Below are positions 35,241 through 48,909 of a DNA stretch of 64,000 nt, one piece after another. Where the stretch lies: positions 143,406,001-143,470,000 of the forward strand of contig NC_091990.1 in assembly GCF_044704955.1 (NCBI RefSeq), in the 5' to 3' direction. The notes under the pieces were generated by a model. The model had not been told where the DNA came from. It did not search any database and saw nothing but the letters and a program-made list of their open reading frames with translations. This stretch comes from Pristiophorus japonicus. Its lineage: Eukaryota. The translations under genes and the position numbers were made by a program. Every line of letters starts with the position of its first letter. Position 1 is the first letter of the stretch.

Positions 35241-37560
35241 TCATACGAAAGAATAATGAAATATACAGAAATAAATAGAGAAAAGAGAAAAACTGTGTGA
35301 GAGTAGAGAGTAGAATATATAAAGAGAAAGCAGAGGGAAGTGCAGAAGGAGGGAAAGGAAAAGTTCTAGGGAAAAGGCAGCATCAGAGATAAAGAAAGGT
35401 GCCAAAGAGAAAGTGTATGAAATGCATAGGGACAGAAAGAGAGAGAGGGAAAGTGAAAAATAGGGAGACAGAAAAAGTGGAACACAAATAAAAAGCAGAA
35501 AGAGAAAGCGAGATAATGAATCAGGAAGTGGGAGATGAGGAAAGAGATGGGAATTGAGCATAACAGGAAAAGAGAGATTAATGTGTGTTTTTATTTTTGT
35601 CCATCCGCAATGCCAGGGGGGATCAACTGGTAATAATAAAAGTGACAGCTTTTGAGAAATAGGAAATAGCATGTTAAAATATTAAAAACACATGTATTAA
35701 CAGTCCTGACACTGAAGAAGATGTCGCTGCTTGTTTGCCTTTATGATGATGAAATCACATTATTTTTTATTTTGGAATCAAATCCCAAGAAGTATGTAGT
35801 GGTGTCACTCTTCCTGCAACAACTGCTACATCTTAAATATTATCAGAGGAGGAGGTTATCACCAAGAGTGCAGTAGCTTACAAACCACCTTTACAGCTGA
35901 TGCGTCTTCACTTGGGAATGTATTTCACCATTTCATTATTCCCAGTTTGTCTCCGAGATAGAAAATATATGGACATTTATGAATTAATTAACAATGAATG
36001 ATTTGCAATGTTTAATGATAAATATGTTTTGATTTATTTGCAAAATGAAATATGTGCAGATCTTCCCCAAAGTTTGCTTACAAAGCTCGGTAAATGAGAC
36101 AATCCTGTAATAGCTAATTTTTATAGAATTCTTATTTGCTTCTGAGTGAAGCTTCCTCTCTAGGCTTTAAGAGAGTACTTGTTTTTTTATTATCTCTTTG
36201 GATGTCTCCATGTTCAGAGGATCCACGCTCAATTCAGTGGTATCCTAGTTACAAAGTGATTAAATTTCAATGTATTATTTGGAGGCAATTAGTGTTTCTT
36301 AATTAGTCATGCATGAGCCCTACTCCAAGACCCAGAAGACCACTTGAATGTACTTGCCTCAGCCAGATGACAGTTCTCATTTCTCTGTAGAGCCATTAGA
36401 TGGAGCATCACATAGAGCTCAAGCATTTGTACCAATTGCTCCAACCACTGATGCATAGACCATCATGATTACATAGAAAAGTTAACAACATAGGCTTACC
36501 CACCTTACCAACTGAAGAAGGATACAACCACACTGTGAGGAGATAGGTCAAAAAATATTTTTCACAAATCTAAGTGGTAGCCCAGCAGCTCTCATCATCC
36601 AAAAATAGCAGTTGAGATTGGTGTGTGTTGCGCCCGTTTTTCAGGCGTTAAATTTAACTTTTATTTAATTTGCATTCAATACCCGCGATTTGGAGTCAAA
36701 GGGGCACCTGTTGTAGGAGCCGTGGACAAAATTTGTTCCAGATGAGCAGAGCAGGCATCCGGCCAGCCATGTTCAGGATTTGTCAGTAGCCCTGTGGCCT
36801 TCAACCAAAAATCCTTTCTGTGGAGCCAGGAGGAGCAGAAATATCCCCCTCCTCCTCCCCCCACTTCACAATCCTGCGATCAATGCCACCCTGCCCGCCC
36901 TCCCCTCACCTGATCCAAATCACTCCCAGAACTTTCCTGAGGGCCGCTGTTGCTGTTTATTTTTCTCGCCCCGTGAAGGTAAATGAGGCCCGAGGCCCAA
37001 TTTTGGGGTGGCCTTAGGTCTCCCTGTTTTGGATGGTGTGCATCGCTTACCTGGGCTGTGTCTGGGCCTGAAAACAGGCCCAAACTAATTTCTGCCCCTT
37101 ATACTCCAAATTGCAGGCGTTGAATGCAAATCAAAATAAAAGTTACATTTGGCTAACTTTAAATAGGTAAGTTTTGCCAAATCATATGCTGGTGGCCAGA
37201 TGCAGTGCTGGGCCATTACAAGGTGTTCCATCTGGGACACAGAAAGGGAGGCAAACAAGTGAGTAGACCAGTTCAAACCTAAAAAAAATAATTTTGCAGC
37301 ATGGACAAAGCAAAATTAAAAAATAATTAAAAGGGCATGGGGAAGAGACAGAGGAATGGACTACATGGACTGTTCTTTCAGAGAGCTGACACAGGCGAGA
37401 TGGGCCAAATGGCATTCTTTTGTACTCCACAGGGCTGATTTTAACTTTCAGCAGTGGTGGAAAACAATGGTGGGATTGGCCGCTCATTACACACCCGCTC
37501 AATTTTCCTTCCAATTAATGTCAATGGAAAGGATTATCAGGCGGGGTGTAACATTCGAAT

Positions 37561-37885
37561 GATATGTTAAACCGAGGCCCCTCGGTTTAACATATCCCCT
37601 CGGGTGGATGTAAAAGATCCCATGGCACTATTTCATAGAAGAGCAGGGGAGTTATCCCCGGTGTCTTGGCCAATATTCATCCCTCAATCAACTTAACAAA
37701 AACAAATGATCTGGTCATTGTCATATTGCTGTTTGTGGGACCTTGCTCTGCGCAATTTGGCTGCTACGTTTCCTACATTACACCAGTGCCTAAACTTCAA
37801 AAAAAAAGTACTTCAGTGGCTGTAAAGTGCTTTGAGATGTCCGGTGGTCGTGAAAGGCGCTATATAAATGTAAGTCCTACTTTCT
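37561..37885 (+). mobile_element. Deu-type SINE (5' truncated, with foldback at the 5' end)
   Basis: GTAAAAGATCCCATGGCACTATTTC...GGCGCTATATAAATG. Confidence 0.8.
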
Positions 37886-38834
37886 TTGGTTTGCTCCATT
37901 TGTGAGAAATATGCACTAAAACTCATCTTATACACTAACATACATAATAAAATGCTACTGATAATATATAGTTGGTGTGTGCCTTTAAGGAAAGAATCCC
38001 TGATATATTTCTGATATGGTGGTTTCTTGAAAAAAAATGTAATTGCCTCACGTAACCCACAATAACCATTTTAAATTGTGTTTGGAGTGTCCACAAATAT
38101 ATATTTTTTAATATTTTAGCCATTTTTATTTCTACACTACACTTTTTAAAGTTGTTCTTTTCATGGATTTAAGAAGAAGTTCTATTAAGAACACGTCAGT
38201 CAACTTAACTCTGCTGAATTCCAATTTGAGGCATAAAAATATATAAAGTACAATATGACAAATTTGGCGTCTGTCACTTGTAAAGGTCTATTTTAATAAA
38301 AAGACAAATTGCAGTGATGTGATGCGTAGCATTTATCGAGGTTGCAGTTTAACAAAAATACATGTCAGTTTGATTGAATATGTTGTTTGTAGTAAAAAAT
38401 AAAAACCGAAAATGTAATTTGTAAGTACAACGTTGACCTGGGACAGCCTTGGGTATTTGTGCTGCATGATTGGACTTGAAAGCTGATGAAGCAAAATACT
38501 GTATAATTCTTTTGAGTAACTTGCAATGCTTGGTGCAACTGGTCACAGAATCAAGTAGCTACTTAGCAAGAAGGCGTATGTACAAGTAAATATTCAGTGA
38601 TTTAAATCACATGATGTGTTATTTTTCTCCAAAAAAGGTCCACTGTGCCTCATTAGACTTTAATTAATATGTCTGACTGCTCTGTAAATGAAGTTATGCA
38701 GTTCTGCTGAGGATTTCTGCCAGCTGAAAAATGGGGTTGTTAAAGTTTATGCTCCTTTTTGGACACTGTCTTTTATTTCTTAAAATGTTGCAACCTTTCT
38801 TTTTCTAAAAGTTATATTCCCACTGTAAATCATT

Positions 38835-39287
38835 TAAATAGCGCCTTTCACGACCACTGGACATTTCAAAGCACTTTACAGCCAATTAAGTACCTTTTGT
38901 TTGAAGTGTAGGCACTGGTGTAATGTAGGAAACACGGCAGCCAAATTGCGCAGAGCAAGGTCCTACAAACAGCAATGTGATAATGACCAGATCATCTGTT
39001 TTTGTTAAGTTCATTGAGAGATAAATATTGGCCAAGACACCGAGGATAACTCCCCTGCTCTTCTTCGAAATAGTGCCATGAGATTTTTTATGTGCACCCA
39101 AGGGCAGACGGGGCCTCAGTTTAACATGTTGTCCGAAAGATGGCACCTCTGACAGTGCAGCACTCTCTTAGCACTGCACTGGAGTGTTAGCCTAGATTTT
39201 TGTGCTCAAGTCCCTGAAGTCGGACTTGAACGCACAATCCTCTGGCTCAGTAGGTGAGAGTGCTACCCACTGAGCCACAGCTGACAC
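38835..39287 (-). mobile_element. Near full-length Deu-type tRNA SINE
   Basis: Head GTGTCAGCTGTGGCTCAGTGGGTAGCAC, box B GTTCAAGTC, full body and tail. Confidence 0.82.
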
Positions 39288-39624
39288 TGACATGCTGAAA
39301 CTACATAATTGCTTAAAAAATTAATCTGAACATAACAGCATTTATTATACAATTTACCAAGTAATTAATATATTATTAAACGTCAGTGGAATAGATATTG
39401 GGGTGCAATCTCGGTGCAATACACGTTACAAATGCCTAATGAGGCCGGTGTCAGGACCATGACAAATTGCTTCGTCAATTAGGATAGTACCAACAAGCGC
39501 TTTCCATGGCCCCAGAGGCAACTCAACAGCGGGGGTGGGGCAGCAAGAGTCTGGTGGGGTGAGGGTTTCCCGAGAGAAACTCTGCCACCGACCTCCCTAC
39601 CACCCACACAGCCCGCTCCTGTTA

Positions 39625-40490
39625 AGTTTCAGAGAGCCTAACCACCTCCCCTTGGTTTTTAATGGCATTACTATTGCCGGGTCCACCACAATCAACATCC
39701 TGGGGGTCACGATTGACAAAAGCTCAACTGGACTAGCCACATAAACGCCGTGGGTACTGGAGGAGGTCAGAGACTATTTATTCTGTGTCAAGTGGCTCAT
39801 ATCCTGTTTCTCCACCATCTACAAGTCAGGAATGTGATGGAATACTCCCCACTTGCCTGGATGAGTGCAGCTGCAACAGCACTCAGGAAGCTCGACAGCA
39901 TCCAGGACAAAGCTGTCCACTTGATAGGCACCTCGTTCACTAGCCTAAACATCCATTAACTCCACCATTGGCATACCATGGCTTCAGTGTGTACTAGCCA
40001 CAAGATGCATTGCAGAAAATTACCAAGGCTTTTTCAGCTGCACTTCCCAAACCGGCAACATCTGCCACCTAGAAGGGCAAGGGCAGCAGCTGCATGGGAA
40101 CACCATCATATCCAAGCCTCCCTTCAAGTCACATATCATCCGAACTTGCACATAAATCACCATTCCTTCATCGTTGTTGGATCAAAATCCTAGAACTACC
40201 TACTTAAACGCCTTGCAAGAGCACATTCACCACATGGACTGCAGCAGTTAAAGAAGAAGGCGGCGGCTCATAGGAACAGCAGTTAAAGAAGGTGGCAGCT
40301 CGTAGGCCATTGAGCCCCTTCTGCCATTCAATGAGATCATAACTGAGCAGTGACCTAACTCCATATACTCGCCTTTGGCCCATATACCTTAAAACCTTTG
40401 GTTAGCAATGTCATTAATAGCTTCTCAGGATAATTAGGAATGGCAATAAATGCCAGCCTTGCTAGCAATGCCCACATCCCAGGAATATAT
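39625..40490 (+). mobile_element. Non-LTR retrotransposon 3' end (CR1-group, Zenon-like; not the main CR1 family here)
   Basis: INILGVTID, MEYSPLAWMSAA..LRKLDSIQDKA..LIG, HKMHC; tail GGCAATAAATGCCAGCCTTGCTAGCAATGCCCACATCCC. Confidence 0.75.
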
Positions 40491-40554
40491 ATATTTTAAT
40501 TGCATTATACTTTTGTCTAGTATAATTGGATATTATTGTGAATTCAGCAAGGTT

Positions 40555-41667
40555 ACATGGGATATATAGTATGGAAACAGGCCATTCAGCCCAACCAGTC
40601 TATGCAGGTGCTTATGCTCCACTCAAGCCTCCTCCCATGTTTCCTCATCTAAATCTATCAGCATAACCCTCTATTCCCTTCTCCCTCATATGCTTATCTA
40701 ACCGTTCCTTAAATACATCGATACAATTCACTTCAACCACTCCCTGTGGTAGCGAGTTCCACATTCTCATCACTCATTAGGTAAAGAAGTTTCTTCTGAA
40801 TTCCCTATTTGATTTCTTGGTGACTATCTTATATTGATGGCCTCCAATTATGCTCTTCCCCACAACTGGGGGGAAAATTGTGGTCGGAGGCTTCTTTCGG
40901 GCAAACGCTTTCGACCCAAAAACATTTTACGAAAATATTTGGTGGTCACAGAAAAATCTACGATTCCGGTCGGAGGCCTTCATTCACTGTGCAGCGTACG
41001 TACGGAAATGCTGGAATCATGTGGGACTGGACCACCAATCACTAGGTAGTATTCTCATTGGTAAAAATGGGATCTCCATTTTTACGAGTTCCCATTACTA
41101 TCAATGAGAAAACCTTCCTAAAACACAAGAAACACAGAATAATATTTTTTGTAAAAAACCTCACATATTTAAAATAAAATGTTTTAGATATTTTTTTTGG
41201 GGGGAGGGGGATTTTTTAACGTGTTTTAATAGGGTTAAAATAAACTTACCTTAATGGACAGGGTTTTTAACATAAAAATGAATGATTACATTTAATTTCT
41301 ATATGTTTTAAAACTCTTACGCTGGTAAAAGTAAGCTATGTGCCTGCTTTTACCAGGTGTAAAAGTTTGAAGGACATTCGCTGGGCATGAGTTGGGAAAA
41401 TAGCCCAATCTCTCCCGCGCGGATGTCCTTCTCCTGGGGATGCAGAGGATCTATCAGGAGATATCTTGACAGATCAGAAAAGATGGTTTTCAGTGCATGC
41501 GCATCTCGTCCCAAAAACTGGCTTTTGCAAGGCCTTGCCATGTCCGTACGCACTTCGTACGGACCCGGCAAGGCTGAAATTTTCGGCCCATTCTCTCTCT
41601 ATCCACTCTATCCAAACCTTTCATAATTTTAAAGACCTCTATTAGGTCACCCCTCAGCCTTCTTTTT
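40555..41667 (-). mobile_element. Old CR1 3' end interrupted by a MITE
   Basis: GAGTTCCACATTCTC..AAGAAGTTTC.. on the left side; AAGACCTCTATTAGGTCACCCCTCAGCCTTCT on the right side. Confidence 0.65.
40868..41589. mobile_element. Harbinger-like MITE
   Basis: GGGGGGAAAATT ... AATTTTCGGCCC; flanks ACT/ATT; related to 15456-16132. Confidence 0.65.
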
Positions 41668-42285
41668 CAATGATAGGTTGAGATTCAGTTCGGACCACAT
41701 TTTTGTTAAAGCATCACTGAGAATAGGGGGAGCAACACACATTTCACAATAATAATTATGGTACATATTCACAATTTTGAAAGCTGCAATTTTAACTATG
41801 GACCCATCACATGTCAGAGTTTATACATTTATCATTGTTAATGTATCTTGAAGATTTAATTTAAACACCAAAGCTAGTCATGATTTTTTTTGCAACACCA
41901 ATTATCTTGGAAGTTGTCTGCTGCTGTTCTGAATAATTGTGATTTTTTTTCACTAACATTATTTTGTTGACTCAGTTATTGAACTGTGTCTACCAACAAA
42001 TTCTCCTAAGTGAGTTCCTGCAAGCACTTTTGAAGAGATTGGTGATTTTTTTTTTGCTCACTTTTATCCCCCAATTCAAATTTCAATGATAATGGTAAAA
42101 ACAAATGTCATTACTCCATTTTGTTTGGCCGTTATGACTGACATTTTACCCCACCATATCTATTAGATCTTCCAGTTATGATGATGCCCCTCCCATTGTC
42201 CTCAAGATGTGTGGATCTGAAACTTCCCATATTCTGTCATTTCTTCAAGTCCACGTTCAGTTCAGATCCTAGCTATCTCATCCAT

Positions 42286-42395
42286 GTTCTGATGAAAGGT
42301 CATCGATCTGAAATGTTAACTTTGTTTCTCTCTCCACCGATGCTGCCTGATCTGCTGAGTATTTACAGCGTTTTCTGTTTTAATTTCAGGTTTCT
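42286..42395 (+). ncRNA. Minimal type I hammerhead ribozyme motif in a Penelope-like terminal remnant
   Basis: GTT-CTGATGA-A-AGGTC-ATC-GATCT-GAAA-TG-TT-AAC: core boxes, stem II and short stem I are present. Confidence 0.65.
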
Positions 42396-42511
42396 AGCAT
42401 TGTAGGTATTTTGTTTTCCTCCTCCATGTTTTTCCCAGTTTCCAGTGAATACCGCTCCATTTTGGAAGGTTTTTTTTGTACACTTATCCATGCCTTTCAT
42501 TGCCTTAGTTA

Positions 42512-42906
42512 AATGCTTTATGCGGAGCTCCTTCATAGTAAACGAGTCAAAGGAGGACAGCGGAAACATTATAAGGCCACCCTCAAAGCCTCCCTCATGA
42601 AGTGCGACAACATCACCACTGACACCTGGGAGACCCTGGCCAAAGACCGCCCGAGGTGAAGAAAGTACATCCGGGAGGGCGTCGAGCTCTTCGAGTCCCA
42701 ACGCAAAGAGCATGAAGAAACCAAGCGCAGGCAGCAGAAGGAGCACGCGGCAAAACAGCTCCACTGACCCCTTCCCTCGACGAATGTCTGTCCCACCTGT
42801 AACAGAGTCTGTGGCTCTCGTATCGGACTGTTCAGCCACCAACGAACTCACTTTGGGACTGGAAGCAAGTCTTCCTCGATTCTAAGGGACTGCTTATAAT
42901 GATGAT
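42512..42906 (+). mobile_element. RTE-clade LINE 3' fragment
   Basis: GGQRKHYKATLKASL..WETLAKDR..CPTCNRVCGSRIGLFSHQRTH; (ATG)n-type tail; TAGTTA on both flanks. Confidence 0.85.
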
Positions 42907-43829
42907 AGTTAGATATTTTTAATCCATTTCAAATGCCTTTTCACTGTCTCACTGAGATGATCTTTGAGTATCTAGCAGTTTTCTCCTTTTAACAAAAGAA
43001 TACTCTCTATGAGACAGGACTGAGCATTCATAAATCATGACTTGTATCTCCTGTTATTCCCTTCAATCTTCATTTTATCAACCTGATAAAGAGACTTGAT
43101 AATTATCCTGTTTCCACTGCTGACTCCTCAGAGTGTAAGAGAAAATAATTTGTTTTAACCTTCATTTTCTTTCTGAGGAGATTGGTCAAATTCATTTTGC
43201 AGTTGCACTGAGCCTGTGTATGCAATATTATCAGGGTCTATTGGTAATACAAATGTGCTATTTCAAAAAAAAAAGAGAGCAGTGGCAACACTGATTTAAA
43301 TGAATAGCGCTTTAATGACATATACAGAGTGGTTATCGTTTTTATCTTCAGAAAAACCAGTAACTGTCACTGAAAATAAGTGAGCCTTGACAGGTCTACT
43401 TTACAGACAGTTTTCCAGACTGCTTTAATCAATAATTCAATTACTTCAGCACATACTGTTTGGTGCCAGCTTGATTTAATTAAATCAATGTTTTAACACA
43501 ATATTTTGGATGATTTAATTGCCTTTTGTTTTACTTTGAAGATTTGTGCCTGGGTTTGAAGTAGGGGGAGTTAACATTTTTTTAAATGTTTACTGAAGAA
43601 TAAATCACAAACAGTAGAAGAGCCTCCAATATAACAGAAGTTTTAACTCCTGACAGATTTCAAGGTTGTGCTGCTCTTTAAAATATTACAGAAGCCTGTC
43701 GAAAGTGAAATAAGTCAAATACTCCGAAGGGAAAAAGTGCAAGAAACCCTGGAGAAAGTCGTGATATGTTTTTCTGAGTTTATAAGCAGCAGTAGTGGTT
43801 TATGGCTTGACCGGTACACAAAAGGCATG

Positions 43830-44025
43830 GTCTCCATGGCCTCGCCCCTCCCTATCTTTTTAAACCCCTCCAGCCTCACAATCCTCTGCCCTCCTCCAAA
43901 TCTGGCCTCTTGCATATATCTGTTTTTCAATGCTCCACCATTGATGGCCATGCCTTCAGCTGCCTGGGCCCTGAAACTCACCGATTCTCTCCCACTCTCT
44001 CCTTCTTCAAGATCCTCCTTAAAAT
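43830..44025 (+). mobile_element. L2-like LINE 3' fragment
   Basis: LHGLAPPYL...GHAFS pattern typical of the L2 ORF2 C-terminus. Confidence 0.6.
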
Positions 44026-44794
44026 GTACGGAGCTAAATACAATAGTCCCTGAAAATGGGCACATGGATTGCGATGCATGAGTAGCCCTGCGCGTTGCTT
44101 CCGATGCAGGCACATGCAAACTTCGTGCTGCTTGGTAATTTACATGATTGCAGTGCTGAGATAGTGCTAAAAACACTGTTCAGTGGCTGAGTGCCTCAAC
44201 ACGAGGTCGAAGATCGCGCGAACCTAGCACAACTTAAAGTGAGCGTGCACTATTAAATCCAGTCTGCACCACTGGTGCATTCTGGCTGAGGCAGGTGCTG
44301 CTAATAGTCTGGCCTGCAAGAACACTGAATTATGACACAACGGTGGAGAGAGCGTGCTCCAGGTTCACGAGAGCTGCACTGGAAGCCTTGATGGTGGAGG
44401 TGGACAAGAGGAGAGAGGTCCTCTATCCACAGAGGGCCAGGAGGCCCTCCAGACAAACTCTACAAAGGCAGTGGGAGCAGGTAATCATAGTGGTCAATGC
44501 TAGATGCCAAGCCCTTAGGACCTGGATGCAGTGCCGTAAAAAAGTTCAATTACCCCACAAGAGTGTTCAAGGTTAGTGATTTCATCTTCAAATGCCATAT
44601 CCCACTAACCGCACCACAAGCCTCACACACTGTTCACTGCACCACAAACCATCACTTACTTCCCAACAATCTCTATCAAACATGACTCATACCTCATTCA
44701 TAGCTTCACTTCACCCTCACGCAATTAGTGCTGCTGCAAGCCTCACACACACACATCTCACAGCTTGCACATACTGTCAGCAATTGATAAAAGC

Positions 44795-45330
44795 TTAAGA
44801 AATAGGAGCAGGAGTAGGCCATTTAGCCGCTCGAGCCTACTCTGCCATTCAATAAGATCATGGCTGATCTTCTATCTCAACTCCACTTGCTTGCACTATC
44901 TCTATTGTTTTGTATTTAACCCCTTGTAACCTGTATTACACTACCACCAGAGGGCCTACCTGTTGGAGTCCCAAGGGATCCCAGCATCCCTTGGGAGCAC
45001 AGTATATAAGCAGGCCACCCACAAGGTACCTTTACTCTGGAGTCTTATTAAAGAAGCTAAGTTCACACTTGGCCATTGTACACAGTTTCATCCTTTGTTA
45101 TGAACGCATCATCTATATACCTTGATTCTCTTAATATGCAAAAATCTAGCAATCTCTGTATTGAATATGCTCAATAATGGAGCCTCCACAGCCCTCTGGG
45201 GAAGAGAATTTCCTAATAATCACCACCCTCTGAGTGAAGAAATTCTCCTCATCTCAGTGCTAAATGGCTGACCCCCTATTCAGAGATTATGACCCCTGGT
45301 TCTAGACTCCTCAGCCAGGGGAAACATCAA
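44795..45330 (-). mobile_element. CR1 3' tail inserted in the Myb gene intron
   Basis: ATAGGAGCAGGAGTAGGCCATT...AATAAGATCATGGCTGATC, the CR1 3' UTR. Confidence 0.8.
44906..45111 (+). mobile_element. Solo LTR (206 bp)
   Basis: TG...CA ends; 5-bp TSD TCTAT (44901-44905 and 45112-45116); internal TATATAA and ATTAAA. Confidence 0.85.
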
Positions 45331-48300
45331 CCATGACAGGCACATCACCCAAACACATTGCATAACACTCACTGACACACTTCCATCTCTTGCAGGACAA
45401 GTTGGTGTTTAACCGACGGCAGCAGGATTAACTGGCGGGGGACAGGCAGGGCTGCATGATCTTGCCCCGACGGAGGAGACAGTGGTTGCCAATGTTGGAG
45501 CGGGCATCGCATGTGGCCAGTGGCGGGGCTGAAACAATTGAAGATGATGGTATTCTCATGGCTAATTCTCCTTTTCAGATCCGACTTCCACCTCATCCTA
45601 CATTCTCTTGTGATTTATAAGCTGCTGATGGTGTAAGCATACACCTCTTGCGTTCCCCCACTCCCCTCACCACAATCCTACCCTTGTGTCTTTCTCCTTT
45701 CAGATCACTGTCCCCATTAAGCTGTGCGTCCACATTGCGGCGTAATGGTCAGGAGGGATAATGCAGTGGCTTTTAAAGGGAAATATCACATGTGCACGGA
45801 AATTTGAATGGCCTGCGCAAGCCGTTAAAGTGGCTGCACACTCCCCCAAAAAATAGAGGGAACATTGTTTCAGATACCCAAAAACTGCGACCTGGTCAAG
45901 CAGTGGTGGAGGAGCAAGAACTGGAAGAGGAAGAAGGCAGTGATGAAGAAGACACAGCACTTTCGCTAATACTCCCTCGAATTTTTCTTTTGGGTGCACG
46001 GCCCATTCACAGTTCCGCGCATTTGCAAAATTTAACATTGGAAAAGGCGATCCCAGGCTCCGTGGCAGAGAGCTGTGAAGCTGCACGGCCACACAGCTTA
46101 AAGGGAACATTGACCAACGCTCCTTTCCACATTCACAACCACCACCTCGGATACTGTCTGGAGGATAGCTTCAACGCGGGATCTGCACGTGGTGAGACAC
46201 CAGGAATGAGTATCCTGCAGCAAGGGCAAGGGGCAAAGGTAGCACTGGAGGGCGAGGTCGCACACATGTTCTGCTGCAGTGGACTCAGATGGAGTGGGCT
46301 ACAGAAGAAGGCTAATAGGTATGCACAGTGAAATGCTTGGTGCATTGGCAGGCTTGCCAGAAAGCCTGCGTGCAATGTCAAGAAGCAAGGAGGAGTCCGG
46401 TACTAACGTAGCAAAGGATTTTGCACAGAGCTTGGAATCCATCCTTTCCAGCATGGCAGTGATGGTGAACTCCATTAGGACACTTGCGAACCCAACCAGG
46501 ATGCAGCATCTGATGGCCGATGTCTCAGCTTCCATTGCAACACAGTCAGAAGCCACCCAACATCTGGGTGCTGCAGGGCAAGTTCAGACTGAAGTCATGC
46601 AAGATCAGACTGCTGCCTTCGTGGATGAGTTCACCAGTGTTCAAACGAGTTTTCAAGGTGCCACAGTGATCCTGCAATCTATTCTCCAACAGATTTACTA
46701 GGATTGCTGAGGCATCGCCGCGAGAGAGTGGCAATGGCTCCTTGGAGCACAAACCTGCTGTTCTCTCTCAGGATGACATCATTCATGCGCCCACCACTGT
46801 CACTCCGCCAGGGCCCTTGGTGTTGCCTGTCAGCCAGCCTGCCCAGACTGCTGCCGCTCATGCCGAGAGGATGCAGTCCGAAGCTGGGCCTTCTAGGCAC
46901 AGAGCTGATCGAGGTCACATTCCAAGGTTATCTGCAGTCTCCCCCACTGAAAGCCAGCAGCCATCCACCAGCTATGCTGCTCCAGCCACTGGGGTAGCAC
47001 TGCATAGGAGCACTAAGACAGGCAAAAGTACAAGGAAGATATGCTCTAAGATAATGCACAAGGGTGATTAGTTGACGTTTGTATGCAATGTGGAATGCTT
47101 TGATCTATAAATTTGGTTTCGAGGTTTCTTTTGTGTTGGCTGAGTGCCTGAGTGCATCTCACACTCCAACCAGTCATGTTGAGGGCGATGGTTCCTCTGG
47201 GGAGTAAAGCCAGAGCCAAGTCCACGGCACCACAGATGGCTCAGCTATACGGCGGGGGTGGGGAGTGAGGGGAGGACAGGAAGGAAGAAGAGTGGGAGAG
47301 CAATAGTGATCTGCGACTGCAGATGTGATTCCAGGATGGTATGTTGCCTCCCTGGTGCCAGGGTCAAGGATGCCACAGAGCGGCTGCAGAACACTCTAAA
47401 GAGGGAGGGAGACGTTGTGGTCCACGAGGTCCTACAGGCAGAGTTTAGGGAGCTAGGAAAAAGATTAAAAAGCAGGACCTTAAAGGTAATAATCTTCGGA
47501 TTACTCCTGGTGCCATGAGCTGGAGCATATAGAAATAGGAGGATAGAGCAGCTAAATGTGTGGCTGGAGAAATGGTGCAGAAAGGAGGGATTTAGATTCC
47601 TGGGACATTGAGACTGGTTCTTGGGAGGTGGGGTCTGTACAGGCCGGATGGGTTACATAATAACAGAGCCGGGACAAATATCGTTGTGGGGTGGTGGGTG
47701 AGGGGTTGCTAGTGCTGTTGCAGAGGGTTTAAATTAATTCTGCAGGTGGATGGGCACTAGGGTGTAGTATTAAAACATGGTGCACAAAAGAGTGGGAGAT
47801 ACAGATAGCTCTAGAGTAAGAGATAGTACAGTATTAGGTGGGGTCAGACTATGAGAAAATACAAGAAGGTCTAAAATAAGTTCAGAGTGCATGTGTGTAA
47901 ATGCAAAAAATGTAGTAAATAAGGTTGGTGATCTGCAAGCGCAAATAGTCACATGGGAATACGATGTTGTGGCGATAATGGAAATCTGGCTCAAAAAAGA
48001 ATAGGATTGGGTACTAAATATTCCTGGATATAAATTGGGGAAATATTTGTTCCCTTAGCACCTCCCATTAGCGCCAAGAGATGGCACTAATGGGGCACTA
48101 TAGCAATATCGCTGGGGCAAGGTGAATCCAGCGTCACACGGCAAATCCCATTCCCCCATAGCACTGCTGGTAAGAAGTATCGCCGGGAATGTCAACGCTA
48201 GGTGGATTGTGATGTCAGTGAGTATGCTCAATGACCGCCCGATCTGCTAAACTGATTCTCACCACTTACCTTAGCACCTGGAGTAAACACCAACAGGGAG

Positions 48301-48909
48301 AGCTGGCATGAAGCATCAGGAAGTCGGCTCCAGCGACGTTATTTAAAGGGATCATCAGTAATGACTTGCAGCTGTCAGGTTAGTGCAGTTTCAGTGGTTT
48401 CTTGTCAGTTTCACATAGTCCACCAGTTTCAATAAGTTATTTCAATCTTCTTTTGAATCAGGAGTGTTCCGGCAAATAAAACGTAGCTACATTTATTCTT
48501 CAAAGAATCAAATTGCTACACTTGGTAACCTTAATGGGGGCTGTACTGGCATGCTACCTCACCCTCCAGGAGCTATGGCGGAGGAAGCAGTGGCAGCGAG
48601 AAAGATGTGAACATGTGCCCAGAAAGATAAGGAGGGATATCAGGGCTCTCACCAGTAAGCTTTACCCTCGAAGGGTATTCCGAGAGCACTTCTCCTACCT
48701 TCAATTAAGCGAGGAGCAGTGTATTAGACGGCTTCACCTCACCAAGGAGGTCGTCACAGAAATCTGCCACCTCCTCCAGACAAATCTCCAGCCTCATACC
48801 AGGATGACAAAGCACTTTACTCACCACATCCTAGCATTCCATTCCTCTCACTGGCCATATCACACCGCAAAGCTAAAATGACAGACACCACAAAAGAATG
48901 GTAGGTTAG

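Larger units (their letters stand above)
44047..47130 (+). mobile_element. Harbinger derivative (second family) carrying a spliced Myb/SANT-like gene, disrupted
   Basis: RFTRAALEALMVEV...RQWEQV...RTWMQCRKK exon with donor GTTAGT at about 44572; later exons from about 45397 and 45704; last exon ORFs 46279..46701 and 46742..47071. Confidence 0.75.

Noticed and set aside
35241-35672. 143-aa hydrophobic 'membrane protein' ORF
   Set aside because: Translation of a GA-rich low-complexity tract.
43668-44176. Overlapping 137-aa and 153-aa ORFs as a host exon
   Set aside because: They span unique sequence, an L2 fragment and a Harbinger end, so they are composite with no coherent product.
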